A DNA stretch of 36,383 nt from Octopus sinensis (taxonomy: Eukaryota), in the NCBI RefSeq assembly GCF_006345805.1, contig NW_021824685.1:1-36383 (forward strand). Direction: 5' to 3'. The notes below the pieces were generated by a model. The model was not told the DNA's origin, ran no database searches, and saw only the letters and a list, made by a program, of their open reading frames with translations. Both the position numbers and the translations under genes were made by a program. How positions within the stretch are numbered: position 1 is the stretch's first letter; each line of letters opens with the position of its first letter. Positions 36,031 to 36,383 of this stretch are shown here, one piece after another.

Positions 36031-36383
36031 GAACTTCAGACAAGCAAATATTATCGGGAGATTTCCAGGCAGATACTTTTGCAGACTATAAACTCTATTG
36101 ACGAACTTTTCACAATATTCAGTATGAAAATTTTCAAATATTTTATGGAACGCACTTAAAATGCTAAACCTAAAATTCTGTTGAAGATTATTTAGAAAGT
36201 AATGAAATCAATACTGAACCAATCACATCACAACGCACATACAATGTAAACGCCCAAACATATACACACACATACACACACGTTCACGCGAGCGTACACA
36301 CTCACACACACACATATAATTACATACCCTTACATATATAAACTCATGGACAGAAAATCAGACATATTCATCGTAAGCTTGTT

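Overview
AT-rich, microsatellite-dense eukaryotic intergenic or intronic DNA. The repeat families resemble those of coleoid cephalopods, probably Octopus (inference from recognising the SINE sequences, not from a database search). I found no intact host gene; nearly all long ORFs in the track are translations of (TA)n, (CA)n, (GATA)n or (TTC)n. The window contains: (i) many tRNA-derived SINEs, several with clear target-site duplications (TSDs) - one tRNA-Arg-like head with three alternative tails, a Meta/MESC-domain-like family forming fixed-junction 184-bp concatemers, and a CORE-like family with internal microsatellites; (ii) decayed LINE pieces (three RTE, one Tx1/L1, one HERO-like RT, a possible APE endonuclease); (iii) two copies of a MITE with ~24-28-bp TIRs and 8-bp TSDs; (iv) most notably, a cluster of non-coding repeats at 7.5-13 kb carrying type I hammerhead ribozyme (HHR) motifs. 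These include a ~490-bp circularly permuted unit with two near-canonical HHRs whose inversion breakpoint falls on the predicted self-cleavage site. Three sequence-unrelated families show the same divergent (5'-to-5') inverted arrangement, consistent with Penelope-like or retrozyme-like elements. All ribozyme calls are hand-folded and untested.
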